From Gemmatimonadota bacterium (GTDB taxonomy: Bacteria; Gemmatimonadota; Gemmatimonadetes; Palauibacterales; Palauibacteraceae), in contig OZ220691.1 of NCBI GenBank assembly GCA_965116475.1, positions 1,120,001 to 1,184,000 of the forward strand: a stretch of DNA of 64,000 nucleotides. The letters are read 5' to 3'. This document shows positions 1-9,596 of this stretch, in pieces; position 1 is the stretch's first letter; every line of letters starts with the position of its first letter. Both the position numbers and the translations under genes were made by a program. The notes under the pieces are model-generated. The model was not told where the DNA came from. It was given only the letters and a program-made list of their open reading frames with translations, and made no database searches.

Positions 1-6
1 CTGGTC

Positions 7-702
7 GTGGGTGACGTTCCCCTGGCGCCGCTGGTGGCGGCGTTCCCGCTCGTGGCCGTGCCCTGGGGCGCACTGCTGATCGGTCTCATCAGCCGGCGGC
101 GCGAGGGATGGGACAACGCCCGGCCTCCCCGGCTCCTGGTCCTCGGCGCGGTTGCGCTGCCCGTCCTGATGGGGCTCCTGTTCGGGTTCGGGGTGGTACG
201 GGAAGACGTCGGGTTGTCGGGCATCGCCGAGGTTCTCTCGATTGTTCTCGTCATCATCATCCCGCTCGTCCTGCTCCCGCTGACCGCGTTTCTCAGCGGG
301 CGCGCCGCCGCCACCTGGCTGCGTCCCCGGCTTGAAGTGTACGGCCAGCTCGCGGCGTACCTGCGGGTCATGTGGGTCCCGATCGGCGGGTTCGCGCTCG
401 GATACCTGACGATCATCTTCCTCTTCGCGGGCTTCTACGGAACGCTCGAGCGCTTCCGCCCGGGCTCGTTCGCCGACGCCGGCACCGGGATCGCGGATTG
501 GGTGTCCTTTGCCTTCTTTACCGCCCTCGCCCAGGATTACGCGGCCATCGTCCCCGTCTCGGCCAGCGCCCGGATGCTGGTCGGCTTACACTTGATCCTC
601 TCGGTGGGCTGGGCGCTGGTGCTGTTCGCGGCGGTGATGACGTCCATCGAGCCGAAGCTGGCCCGGATCGCGCGGCGACACGCCGAGGAAGACGCCGACT
701 GA
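7..702 (+). CDS. Membrane protein with C-terminal two-TM ion-channel-like (Ion_trans_2-like) domain, degenerate filter; probably 5'-truncated by the window
   Basis: Several TM helices, then FLFAGFYG...DWVSFAFFTALAQDYAAIVPVSASARMLV, which resembles the pore helix plus 'DIVPVS..AR' motif of K-channel-family proteins. Confidence 0.55.
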   Translation: MGDVPLAPLVAAFPLVAVPWGALLIGLISRRREGWDNARPPRLLVLGAVALPVLMGLLFGFGVVREDVGLSGIAEVLSIVLVIIIPLVLLPLTAFLSGRAAATWLRPRLEVYGQLAAYLRVMWVPIGGFALGYLTIIFLFAGFYGTLERFRPGSFADAGTGIADWVSFAFFTALAQDYAAIVPVSASARMLVGLHLILSVGWALVLFAAVMTSIEPKLARIARRHAEEDAD

Positions 703-737
703 CGAACTGCCCACGGAACTGTGTTGGAGGATTCCCA

Positions 738-1631
738 ATGACCAGGAGAAAGCAGGCGAGCGACTTCCCCCAGGAGGTGCTGGCCCTCTTCGATGGCTAC
801 GTGCATGGGTTCATTCGACGGCGGGACTTCCTGAAGGGAGCCGGGAAGGTGCTGGGCAGCAGCGCGGCCGCCGTCGCGGTCCTCGAGGCGCTTCGTCCCA
901 ACTACGCGTGGGCGCGGCAGGTGGCGACCGACGATGCCCGAATCCGGCAGGAGTACGTCACCTACCCTTCGCCGGACGGCTCGGGGACCATGCGCGGCTA
1001 CATGGCCGTGCCCGTCGACGCGACGGAGCCCAGGCCTGCGGTCCTCGTCATCCACGAGAACCGCGGCTTGAACCCCTACATCGAAGACGTGGTCCGCAGG
1101 TTCGCCGCCGCGGACTTCGTGGCGCTGGGGCCGGACGCGCTTACCCCCCTGGGCGGCTATCCCGGCAACGACGACGAGGGCCGTGTGATGCAGCGGCAGC
1201 TCGACCGGGACACGATGATGGAGGACTGGGTGGCCGCGTTCCGGTTCCTCCGCGACCACGAGACGACCACCGGGCGAGTCGGGGCCGTCGGGTTCTGCTA
1301 CGGCGGCGGAGTGGTGAATCAGCTCGCAGTCCGCCTTCCGGATCTGGGCGCGGGTGTGCCGTTCTACGGGTCGGCCGCGGCCGCGGAGGACGTGCCCTCC
1401 ATACAGGCGCCCCTGATGATCCAGCTCGCGGGCCTGGATGAGCGGATCAACACCGCCTACCCGGCCTACCAGGAGGCGCTGGAGGCGCACGGAAAGTCCT
1501 TCGTGGTCCACGTCTACGACGGAGCCAACCACGGCTTCCACAACGACACCACGCCACGCTACGACCAGGAAGCCGCCAGCCTCGCACAGGAGCGGACCAT
1601 CGCGTTCTTCAACGAGCACCTGCGGGGCTGA
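738..1631 (+). CDS. yghX: Dienelactone hydrolase family protein (YghX-like)
   Basis: VIHENRGLNPYIEDV, GAVGFCYGG nucleophile elbow, NHGFHNDTTPRYD; N-terminal FDGYVHG..RRRDFL; GGAGG RBS before ATG 738. Confidence 0.88.
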   Translation: MTRRKQASDFPQEVLALFDGYVHGFIRRRDFLKGAGKVLGSSAAAVAVLEALRPNYAWARQVATDDARIRQEYVTYPSPDGSGTMRGYMAVPVDATEPRPAVLVIHENRGLNPYIEDVVRRFAAADFVALGPDALTPLGGYPGNDDEGRVMQRQLDRDTMMEDWVAAFRFLRDHETTTGRVGAVGFCYGGGVVNQLAVRLPDLGAGVPFYGSAAAAEDVPSIQAPLMIQLAGLDERINTAYPAYQEALEAHGKSFVVHVYDGANHGFHNDTTPRYDQEAASLAQERTIAFFNEHLRG

Positions 1632-1643
1632 AGCCGCCGGTGT

Positions 1644-3776
1644 TCACGGCGCCGAGCGTGGACGCGCGCTGCGCCTCCACCACCGCGGCACGGCCGTCGC
1701 ATGCACGTCGTAGAGGTGCCGCAGGTCGATGATGTCGCGCGGCGAGCCCAGGATCGTGAGGCGATCGCCCGTCTCCACGACGGTGTCGTCGTGGGGTACG
1801 ATGAGCTGTCCGCGCCGCCGGATCATCGCGGCGAGCGTGGTCTCCGGTAGCGCCATCTCACGAATCGTCATCCCCGCCAGCGTGCTGCTCGCGCCCTCCG
1901 GAAGCACCTCCACGATGAGCATGCGCTCGTCGCGCAGCATGACCTCGCGCAGCTCCAGGTTGTCCTCCGCTTCGAGCCACTCGATCAGGAAGCTCTCGTC
2001 GTCCACGCGACCGGCGATCTGCGCCAGGATGCGCAGGTGGCGGCCGTGGTCGGCCGCGGGGCTCGCGAGGAAAAAGGCGGCCTGGATGAGTTCGTCTTCG
2101 GCCGGCGGCACGTCGGGCTCCCCCGTGTCGATCTCGATCCCGCCGCGAACGCGGGCGAGGACCATGCGCGGCCCGGGGATCTCGTCCAGGTGCAGGTGCG
2201 GCAGGACGACGCCCTCCGACATCGGCGTGAGGCCCGTGCCGGTGCCCTCGAGGAGTCCCCGCGCGACGCGGCCGGCGCTCACGCCCAACTGTTGCGAAAG
2301 GGCCTCCGACGCGCGGTCCACCAGCTTCGAGAAGGGAACCGCGCCCTCGTAGTCCAGCACATCCGAAGAGGCGATGAGTTCCTCGAAGGGGTCCGCGTCG
2401 CGCAGTCCCTTCTCCTTCAGGATCCCGCGCAACTCGCGCTCCAGCCCCTCGTTCCGCTGCTGGCCGAGCCGCTCGAACACGTGGTAGATCGCCCCCTCCC
2501 GGCGCACGTGGTCCCGGGCGTAGACGCGGTACCAGAGGAGGCCGAACGCGACGAACGCGACGCTGAACAGCGTCGCCATCCATCCCATCTGGACGATCAG
2601 CGGGAGCGGGATGACGATGCCGACGACCTGGACCCAGGGGTAGAACGGAGCACGGAAGCCGGGGTCGTACGGTGCGAGGCCGCTCTCGCGCATGACGATC
2701 ACCGCGAGGCACGCGAGCGCGAACATGATGAGCTGGAAGGCGCTCGCCAGCTTCGCGATGCCCGATGGGTCGAAAAGCACCAGCCACAGGACGATCAGTC
2801 CCGCCGTCGCGAGGATCGCGACCCACGGCGTGCCCCAGCGGCTGATCCGGCGCATGGCCGCCGGCAGCACGTGGTCGCGGCTCATGGCCAGCGGGTAACG
2901 GCTCGCGGCAAGCACCCCGGCGTTGCCGACCAACGTGAAGGCCAGGATGGCGGCTACGGTCATGACGGCTTCACCCGTGGGACCCACGACGGCCCTCGCC
3001 ATCGCCGCCGCCGGGGCCAGGTTGCCGCCATCGGCGGAGAGTGCCTCCACGCCGACCGCCCCCACCATCGCCCAGGTGCCGAGCACGTAGATGAGCAGCA
3101 CCGTGACGAAGGCCAGCAGCATGCCCAGCGCCAGATTGCGGTCCGGGTTCTTCACCTCTTCCGACACCGAGGCCACATGGGTAATCCCCATGTAGGAAAC
3201 GATCACCAGCCCCACGGTGGAGAAGAACGGCGAGGTCCCCAGGTCGAACGCTCCGGCGAAGGCATCGGGGTCCACGGCCGTCACGCCCGCCCCGATGAGC
3301 CAGCCCAGCATGGCCAGGAGGACCACCGTCAGGACCATCTGGATGGAGCTGGTCTTCTTGGCGCCGAAGAGGTTGATCGCGGCGAAACCCAGCGCGAAGG
3401 CGAAGGCGATGGGGCCGGAGGGGGCGTCGGGGAAGTAGACCTGCAGGTAGGCGCCGAGGCCCACGAGGGCGAAGGCGGACTTGAGCGTCAGCGTCGCCCA
3501 GGTGCCGAAGCCGCCGATCGCTCCCACCCGCTGGCCCATGCTGCGGTCCAGGAAGTAGTAGATGCCGCCGGCGCGCGGCATGGCGGTCGACAGCTCGGCC
3601 ATGCTGAGGATGCCGGGCAGGAGCAGGAGCCCCGCCAGCAGGTAGGCGACGGGGATCGCGCCGCCGGCCTGCGCGGCGGCGAGACCGGGCAGCAGAAAGA
3701 AGCCCGAACTGAGCGTCGCGCCGGTCGCAATGGCGTACACGTCGAACAGCCCGAGTTCGCGCTTGAGTGTGCCCAT
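1644..3776 (-). CDS. APC-family amino acid permease fused to PTS EIIA-like and TrkA-C (RCK_C) domains
   Basis: LKRELGL..GATLSSGFFLLPG, ELSTAMPRAGG, ~12 TM; GTGLTP..GVVLPHL...HLRILAQIA (EIIA); LAGMTIREM..IRRRGQLIVPHDDTVVETGDRLTILG (TrkA-C). Confidence 0.85.
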   Translation of the reverse strand: MGTLKRELGLFDVYAIATGATLSSGFFLLPGLAAAQAGGAIPVAYLLAGLLLLPGILSMAELSTAMPRAGGIYYFLDRSMGQRVGAIGGFGTWATLTLKSAFALVGLGAYLQVYFPDAPSGPIAFAFALGFAAINLFGAKKTSSIQMVLTVVLLAMLGWLIGAGVTAVDPDAFAGAFDLGTSPFFSTVGLVIVSYMGITHVASVSEEVKNPDRNLALGMLLAFVTVLLIYVLGTWAMVGAVGVEALSADGGNLAPAAAMARAVVGPTGEAVMTVAAILAFTLVGNAGVLAASRYPLAMSRDHVLPAAMRRISRWGTPWVAILATAGLIVLWLVLFDPSGIAKLASAFQLIMFALACLAVIVMRESGLAPYDPGFRAPFYPWVQVVGIVIPLPLIVQMGWMATLFSVAFVAFGLLWYRVYARDHVRREGAIYHVFERLGQQRNEGLERELRGILKEKGLRDADPFEELIASSDVLDYEGAVPFSKLVDRASEALSQQLGVSAGRVARGLLEGTGTGLTPMSEGVVLPHLHLDEIPGPRMVLARVRGGIEIDTGEPDVPPAEDELIQAAFFLASPAADHGRHLRILAQIAGRVDDESFLIEWLEAEDNLELREVMLRDERMLIVEVLPEGASSTLAGMTIREMALPETTLAAMIRRRGQLIVPHDDTVVETGDRLTILGSPRDIIDLRHLYDVHATAVPRWWRRSARPRSAP

Positions 3777-3889
3777 GGCTGCAATGTGGCTCCCTGTCGC
3801 GGTCGTGATCGTCGGACCGGTCTACCCGGGTTCCGGGCATCCGGCCGGCCGGACTGGTGCCGGGACGTGCGGGCGGCGAACATCCTCAC

Positions 3890-5668
3890 ATGACGTTCGA
3901 CATCGCATTCGTGCTCGCCCTGACCCTGGCGGCGCTCGTCCTGTTCGCCCTCGACCGGCTGCGGCTGGACCAGGTCGCCATGTCGGTGCCGGTGGTCCTC
4001 CTCCTGAGCGGCATCCTCACGCCGGCCGAAGCCGTATCGGGCCTGTCGAGCCGCGCGACCGTGACGGTGGGGTCGATGCTCGTGCTCGGCCTGGGGCTCC
4101 GCAAGACCGGTCTCGTGTCCGCCATCGGGGCCTGGGCGCGCACCGCGCCCCTCGGCGGCAAGTACTCCCGCATGTTCGTGCTCTGCCTCGTCTGCGCGCT
4201 CCTTTCACCCTTCCTCATGACTACCGCCGTCGTGATGGTGTTCCTGCCCGTCTTCGTCGCGCTCGCCGATCAGGCCGAGGAGCCAGCCTCGCGGTATCTC
4301 ATGCCGCTCTCCTTCGTCTCGATTCTCGGGGGCACCGTCACCCTGATGGGGACCTCCACCAACCTGGTCGTGCACGGCGAAGCGATGCGGCGCGGGTTCG
4401 ACGAACTCCACATGTTCTCGATCACTCCGCTCGGCCTGATCTGTCTCGCCGTGGGCCTGCTGTACCTCTTCACCGCCGGCCGGGTGCTCCTGCCGCGGCG
4501 CGCCCGGGCGCCGGACCTGTCCAGCAAGTACGACATCCGCCGCTTCGTCACGGAACTCCACGTCCCGGAGGATTCGCCGGCCAACGGCCGCTCGCTGGCC
4601 GAACTCAAGTGGGGCGAACGGTACGGCGTCACGGTGCTGGACATCGAACGGGGCGAACAGGAGATCACCGCGCCGCACGGAGACCGCCACATACGGCCGG
4701 GTGACGTCCTCTACGTGCAGGGGCCCGCCGAACGCCTCCTCGAACTCGCGCGACGGCAGCGACTCGAGACCCCGAGGGAGCGGAAGGAACAGGGACTCGA
4801 CCTCGCGGGCGGCGGCGGACGGCTGGTCGAAGTCCTCGTGGCGCCCGGATCGAGCCTCGTAAGCCGGACGCTCCGCGATCTGAACTTCGCGCAGCGTTAC
4901 GATGCGGCCGTGCTCGCGATCCAGCATCACGGCGTCACCGTGACGGAGCGGCTGGCGGAGGTTTCGTTCCACGTCGGCGACATGCTCCTGGTGCACGGGA
5001 GGGCGAGCGCGCTCGGGCGCCTCGTCGAAGATCCCGGGTTCGTGCCCGTGGGAGAAGTGAAGGCCCAGACGGGACGCAGACCGCGGGCCGGCGTGGCTGC
5101 CGCGATCATGGTCGGCGTCGTGCTCAGCGCCAGCCTCGGCCTCCTCGACATCATGACGGCCGCGCTCTCGGGCGTCGGCCTCATGGTGTTCACGCGCTGC
5201 GTGCGCGTCGAGGAGATCTACGCGGAGATGGAGTGGCTGGTCCTCTTCGTGCTGGCCGGCCTGATTCCGCTCGGGGTGGCGCTCGAGACCACCGGGGCGG
5301 CGGAGTTGCTCGCGCGCGGCGTCGTGGCGGCGACGGCGCCGCTGGGCGCGGCCGGACTCGTCGCGGCCTTCTACCTGGTGACCGTCGTCATGACCGCCAT
5401 CGTGTCCAACGCGGCGACGGCCGTGATGCTCACGCCGGTCGCGATCCTCGCGGCCACGCAGGCCGGCGTGAACCCGTACGCGCTCCTCGTCGCCGTCATG
5501 TTCGGCGCATCGGCCTCGTTCGTCACGCCCTTCGGCTATCAGACCAACGTCATGATCTACGGGCCGGGCGGATACCGCTTCTCGGACTTCGTGAAGGTGG
5601 GCGGCCTGCTGAACCTCGTCCTCCTCATCACGGCCAGCCTCCTCATCCCCATCTTCTGGCCGAGCTAG
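3890..5668 (+). CDS. SLC13/DASS-family permease with two TrkA-C domains
   Basis: YLMPLSFVSILGGTVTLMGTSTNL, SNAATAV, SASFVTPFGYQTNVMIYGPGGYRFSDFVKVG; central RCK_C repeats. Confidence 0.88.
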   Translation: MTFDIAFVLALTLAALVLFALDRLRLDQVAMSVPVVLLLSGILTPAEAVSGLSSRATVTVGSMLVLGLGLRKTGLVSAIGAWARTAPLGGKYSRMFVLCLVCALLSPFLMTTAVVMVFLPVFVALADQAEEPASRYLMPLSFVSILGGTVTLMGTSTNLVVHGEAMRRGFDELHMFSITPLGLICLAVGLLYLFTAGRVLLPRRARAPDLSSKYDIRRFVTELHVPEDSPANGRSLAELKWGERYGVTVLDIERGEQEITAPHGDRHIRPGDVLYVQGPAERLLELARRQRLETPRERKEQGLDLAGGGGRLVEVLVAPGSSLVSRTLRDLNFAQRYDAAVLAIQHHGVTVTERLAEVSFHVGDMLLVHGRASALGRLVEDPGFVPVGEVKAQTGRRPRAGVAAAIMVGVVLSASLGLLDIMTAALSGVGLMVFTRCVRVEEIYAEMEWLVLFVLAGLIPLGVALETTGAAELLARGVVAATAPLGAAGLVAAFYLVTVVMTAIVSNAATAVMLTPVAILAATQAGVNPYALLVAVMFGASASFVTPFGYQTNVMIYGPGGYRFSDFVKVGGLLNLVLLITASLLIPIFWPS

Positions 5669-5699
5669 CAGCCCGTGGAACGACGCCGGCGCCTGACCA

Positions 5700-7055
5700 T
5701 CAGGCCTTTCTGAAGCGCCAGCCGTAGAGGATGCGGCCGTAGTAGTTGAACATCTTCCTCGCCTCGGGATCCTCGAAGGGGTAGTCGGCGCCGATCTGTC
5801 TCGCGGCGGCGAGTCCGGTGACAAAGGCCGTTTCCTGGCTGTTGATCAGCGTGTGGGCGCCGCAGTGCCAACTCCCTTTCTTCCCCTGAATGAAGCGGAA
5901 GAGGGGGACGAGCCACGCGACATGGCGCACGTCGTGCACGATGTGCTGGAACCACCGCCGCTCGATCACTTTCTCGTCGTCGATCTTGCTGATCGGGTTG
6001 TAGGTCACCAGACAGGGCCTGTCCGACCGCTTCGCCCACGGCTGCTGGTTGTGCATGATGTACGTGATCTCGTAGTTGTCCGGCCGGGCCCCGTACTGCT
6101 CGATATGGTTGCTCCGCGTTTCCAGCGCCTGCACCTCGTCATCCGGCAGGACCGAGGCGTCCGAGTGCACGACCGTATGGTTGTGGAGTTCGCTCTCGTA
6201 GCGGACCGACGAGAGGATGTAGCGCTCCAGGAACGTCGGCTCGTCCAGCATCATCAGCGTCTGGTTCGCGTTGCAGGCGAAGATCACGGCGTCGAACGTC
6301 TCCTCCACGCCGTCCTCGTCCTCGACCACGACGTGCGATGGTCCTCGAACCACTCTCCGGACGGGCCGGTTGAGGTAGACCTTGTCGCGGAAACCGGCGG
6401 AGAGCTTGTCGTAGATCCGGCGCGTTCCCTGGTCCCAGGTCTGCATGGTCGTCGCGGTCTCGATGTCGAAGAATTCGAGATACCTGGAGAACAGCGAGGC
6501 GGGCATGTCGAAGACGTTCGTCGCCATCAGGAAGTTGACGAACATCGGCTTCAGCACCTTGTACCGGAAGTCGCCGGAGAAGCCGGCCACGTTCAGCACC
6601 GTGCCCATGCTGATGTAGTTGAAGGGGTTGAGGCTGTTCACGAACTTCGACCGCGAATGGGTCAGCCGCCCGAACCGGTGCAGGAGCCGCAGGATGCGCT
6701 GGAACTTCCGGATCTCGAGCTGCAGCCGTTCCCTGATGTTCGAATCGAAGTCGTGGGCGTAGGTCTCCCCGCGGTACTTCACGCTGTAGCTGAACCTCGT
6801 GTCGATCAGCTCGATGCCGAACTGCTCCAGCAACACGACGAAGTGCTGATAGACGGAGGGGATGCAGGCGGTGACGGAGATGTCGAAGGGGATCGCGCCG
6901 CCGTCCTCCTGGGGCATGTCGACGGTCACGGCGTTCCCGCCGAGCTGTTCCCGGGCCTCGAACAGGCGGAAATCGAACCGGTCCGAATCGTGATGCAGCG
7001 CCCAGGCCGCCCCGAGGCCCGAGATGCCGCCGCCGATGATGGCGATGTTCTTCAT
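5700..7055 (-). CDS. FAD/NAD(P)-binding oxidoreductase (COG2907-like)
   Basis: IAIIGGGISGL..AW Rossmann motif, FEAREQLGGNA.T, ETFDAVIFAC, IQGKKGSWHCGAH. Confidence 0.75.
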   Translation of the reverse strand: MKNIAIIGGGISGLGAAWALHHDSDRFDFRLFEAREQLGGNAVTVDMPQEDGGAIPFDISVTACIPSVYQHFVVLLEQFGIELIDTRFSYSVKYRGETYAHDFDSNIRERLQLEIRKFQRILRLLHRFGRLTHSRSKFVNSLNPFNYISMGTVLNVAGFSGDFRYKVLKPMFVNFLMATNVFDMPASLFSRYLEFFDIETATTMQTWDQGTRRIYDKLSAGFRDKVYLNRPVRRVVRGPSHVVVEDEDGVEETFDAVIFACNANQTLMMLDEPTFLERYILSSVRYESELHNHTVVHSDASVLPDDEVQALETRSNHIEQYGARPDNYEITYIMHNQQPWAKRSDRPCLVTYNPISKIDDEKVIERRWFQHIVHDVRHVAWLVPLFRFIQGKKGSWHCGAHTLINSQETAFVTGLAAARQIGADYPFEDPEARKMFNYYGRILYGWRFRKA

Positions 7056-7289
7056 CGGTCTCCCCTTCCTCTCCCCTTCCCGCGGGAGGTCGTGTCCTCC
7101 CGCTCCGGAAACGTCGCCGCGCCCGTGCGTGTTCTCCCATGCGGACGCCGCCGTTGCGCGAGGCAGTCGCCGCCGTTGGCGAACCTTGCTGTCGGGGGGG
7201 CACCCGCGACAGTTTTTTCAAGCTTCGCCAACCCATGTACCACGAGAAGACCCACGAGAATGAGCGACATGTTTTTCCCTGGAGACAAG

Positions 7290-8450
7290 ATGATCAAGCG
7301 GACCCCACTGGCGATTTTCGCCGCCGGGCTTTTTCTGTCGACCGCGACTCCGGCGCTGGGCCAGGAGGTGATCCAGTCGGCGTACCACGACTACAGGCTC
7401 GTTCCCGTGGTGGAGGGGCTGGTTCGCCCGTGGTCGATCGCGTTCCTGCCGGATGGCGAAATGCTGGTCACGGAGAAGGCGGGCACGCTCCGCGTCGTGC
7501 GGGACGGGCTGCTCCTTCCCGACCCCGTGAAGGGCGTGCCGGAGGTAGTCTCGGCCGGCCAGGGCGGACTCCTCGATGTCGTGCCTCACCCCGATTTCGA
7601 AGACAACCGGCTCCTCTATCTCAGCTACTCCAAGCCCGACGAGACGGAGCGCGGGACGACCGCGGTCATCCGGGGACGCTACGAGAACGGGGCTCTGACC
7701 GACATCGAGGAGATCTTCCTCGCGGTATCGGAAGGGCGCGGGCACTACGGTTCCCGCCTCGTATTCGACGGACAGGGGCACATCTTCATCAGCGTCGGGG
7801 ATCGCCAGGCCTCGACCCGCGGCGATCTCTACGCGCACCCGGCGCAGGATCCCTCGACCCATCACGGCACCGTCAGCCGCGTGTACGAGGACGGCGGGAT
7901 TCCCGAGGACAACCCGTTCGTCGACGACCCGGATATTCAGCCGGAGATCTGGAGTTTCGGGCACCGCAACCAGCAGGGCATGGTCATGAACCCGGAGACG
8001 GGCGACCTGTGGGCGACGGAGCACGGGCCGCAGGGCGGTGACGAACTCAACCTGGTGCAGCCGGGGCTCAACTACGGCTGGCCCATCGTGGGCTACGGCG
8101 TCAACTACGGCTCGGGCACCGCGATCCACGAGGGCACGCACAAGGAGGGGATGGAGCAGCCGGCCCACGTCTGGGTGCCGTCGATCGCGACCTCCGGGCT
8201 GCTCTTCTACACCGGGGACCGCTTCCCGCACTGGAAGGGGAACCTGTTCGTGGGCGGGATGGCCGGGGAGCAGTTGGCGCGCCTCACGCTGGACGGGCAG
8301 GACGTCGTGCGGGAGGAGACGCTCGTACAGGGACTGGGCCGCATCCGCGACGTTCGGCAGGGTCCGGACGGGCTCATCTACCTGGCCATCGACGGCCGGC
8401 GCGGTGAGCCGACGGCGATCGTGCGGATGGAGCCGGTCACCACGCGTTAG
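7290..8450 (+). CDS. PQQ-dependent sugar dehydrogenase (glucose/sorbosone dehydrogenase, YliI-like), secreted
   Basis: Signal peptide; PWSIAFLPDG, GQGGLLDV..HPDF, HYGSRL, IWSFGHRNQQG, EHGPQGGDELN, NYGWP, RIRDVRQGPDG. Confidence 0.9.
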   Translation: MIKRTPLAIFAAGLFLSTATPALGQEVIQSAYHDYRLVPVVEGLVRPWSIAFLPDGEMLVTEKAGTLRVVRDGLLLPDPVKGVPEVVSAGQGGLLDVVPHPDFEDNRLLYLSYSKPDETERGTTAVIRGRYENGALTDIEEIFLAVSEGRGHYGSRLVFDGQGHIFISVGDRQASTRGDLYAHPAQDPSTHHGTVSRVYEDGGIPEDNPFVDDPDIQPEIWSFGHRNQQGMVMNPETGDLWATEHGPQGGDELNLVQPGLNYGWPIVGYGVNYGSGTAIHEGTHKEGMEQPAHVWVPSIATSGLLFYTGDRFPHWKGNLFVGGMAGEQLARLTLDGQDVVREETLVQGLGRIRDVRQGPDGLIYLAIDGRRGEPTAIVRMEPVTTR

Positions 8451-8482
8451 CAGTCCGTGGCAAACTCTGCGTCAGCGCTCCG

Positions 8483-9352
8483 TCAGGCCCCCGCCTGTGC
8501 TTCGGGGGCCACGGCCCGGCGGTAGGCTTCCGACAGCGCCCGGGTAATCTCGCCCGGGCGTCCGCTTCCCACGGGCCGGCCGTCCAGTTCCACGGTCGGC
8601 CGCACCTCCGTCGTCGTCCCCGTGAAGAAGATCTCGTCCGCAGCCCGGAGTTCGTTCGCCGTGAAGGCGCGCTCGCGGGCGGGGATCCCCAGTCCCGCGC
8701 ACAATTCGAGCGTGAAGGCGCGGGTGACGCCGTGCAGGATGTGGTTCGTGGCGGGGGCCGTCGTCACCTCTCCGCCGAGCACCGCGAACACGTTGTTGTG
8801 CGTCCCCTCCTGCACCATCCCCTCGCGGATGAAGATCGCGTCCTCCACGTCCGCCTCCACCGCGGCCTGCTGCGCGAGGACGTTGGGCAGGAGGCCGGTC
8901 GTCTTGATGTCGGCGCGGGCCCAGCGCTGGTCCGGCAGCGTGATGGCGCCGAAACCCCGCTCCCACCGCTCCGGCGTCGTGCGCACGAGTTGCTTCGCGA
9001 AGGCGTAGACGGTCGGCGGCACCGCCTCCTGCGGGAACGCGTGCGTGCGGGGGGCGGCGCCGCGCGTCACCTGCATGTAGAAGACGGAGAACTCCGCCGC
9101 GGCGAGATCGTTCCGCGCGATGAGTTCGTCGCCCACGCCGGCGAGGGGAGCCACGTCCGCCTCGATCCGCAGCGTCCGGAGGCCCCACGCGAGCCGGGCC
9201 AGGTGGCGTTCGGGCAGGAAACAGCGGCCCGCATAGGCCGGGATCGCCTCGTAGACCGCGTCCGCGAACAGGAAGCCCCGGTCGTTCACCGAGACCCGCG
9301 CCTCGCCAACGGGCAGGTAGTCTCCGTTCAGATAGACAATGATGGTCCGCAA
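8483..9352 (-). CDS. dat: Class IV PLP aminotransferase, D-amino acid aminotransferase-like
   Basis: VSVNDRGFLFADAVYE, YMQVTRG..PR.H.FP, RWARADIKTTGLLPNVLA, ILHGVTR, ADEIFFTGTT; likely TTG start after GGAGGG. Confidence 0.85.
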   Translation of the reverse strand: MRTIIVYLNGDYLPVGEARVSVNDRGFLFADAVYEAIPAYAGRCFLPERHLARLAWGLRTLRIEADVAPLAGVGDELIARNDLAAAEFSVFYMQVTRGAAPRTHAFPQEAVPPTVYAFAKQLVRTTPERWERGFGAITLPDQRWARADIKTTGLLPNVLAQQAAVEADVEDAIFIREGMVQEGTHNNVFAVLGGEVTTAPATNHILHGVTRAFTLELCAGLGIPARERAFTANELRAADEIFFTGTTTEVRPTVELDGRPVGSGRPGEITRALSEAYRRAVAPEAQAGA

Positions 9353-9596
9353 CCCCTCCGCTTTCGGGAATCGCCCGCGGGCCCGCCGCGGACCCTCCGT
9401 GCCTCGGCACTCTCGGCAGCTCGCGGGTTTCCGGGACACGACACTAGATGCCCGCATGCAGCCCGGAGGGGCAAGTTCGGCCCCCATCTGGTTCACCCTC
9501 GTGCGCCGCGTTAGCGTTCAGCGTTCAGCGCTCGGCGTTAGCGCTCCGCGCGTCGGTTCCGCTGTCGGCCCGCTTTCTTCTGCTTCCGGAGGACCG

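Noticed and set aside
5700-7055. Part of a cfa/DUF1365 fatty-acid modification cluster
   Set aside because: The usual partner genes are not adjacent, so no pathway can be supported from this window.
5853-7289. N-terminal extension of the PQQ sugar dehydrogenase
   Set aside because: It is antisense to the FAD oxidoreductase. The signal peptide and RBS place the start near 7290.
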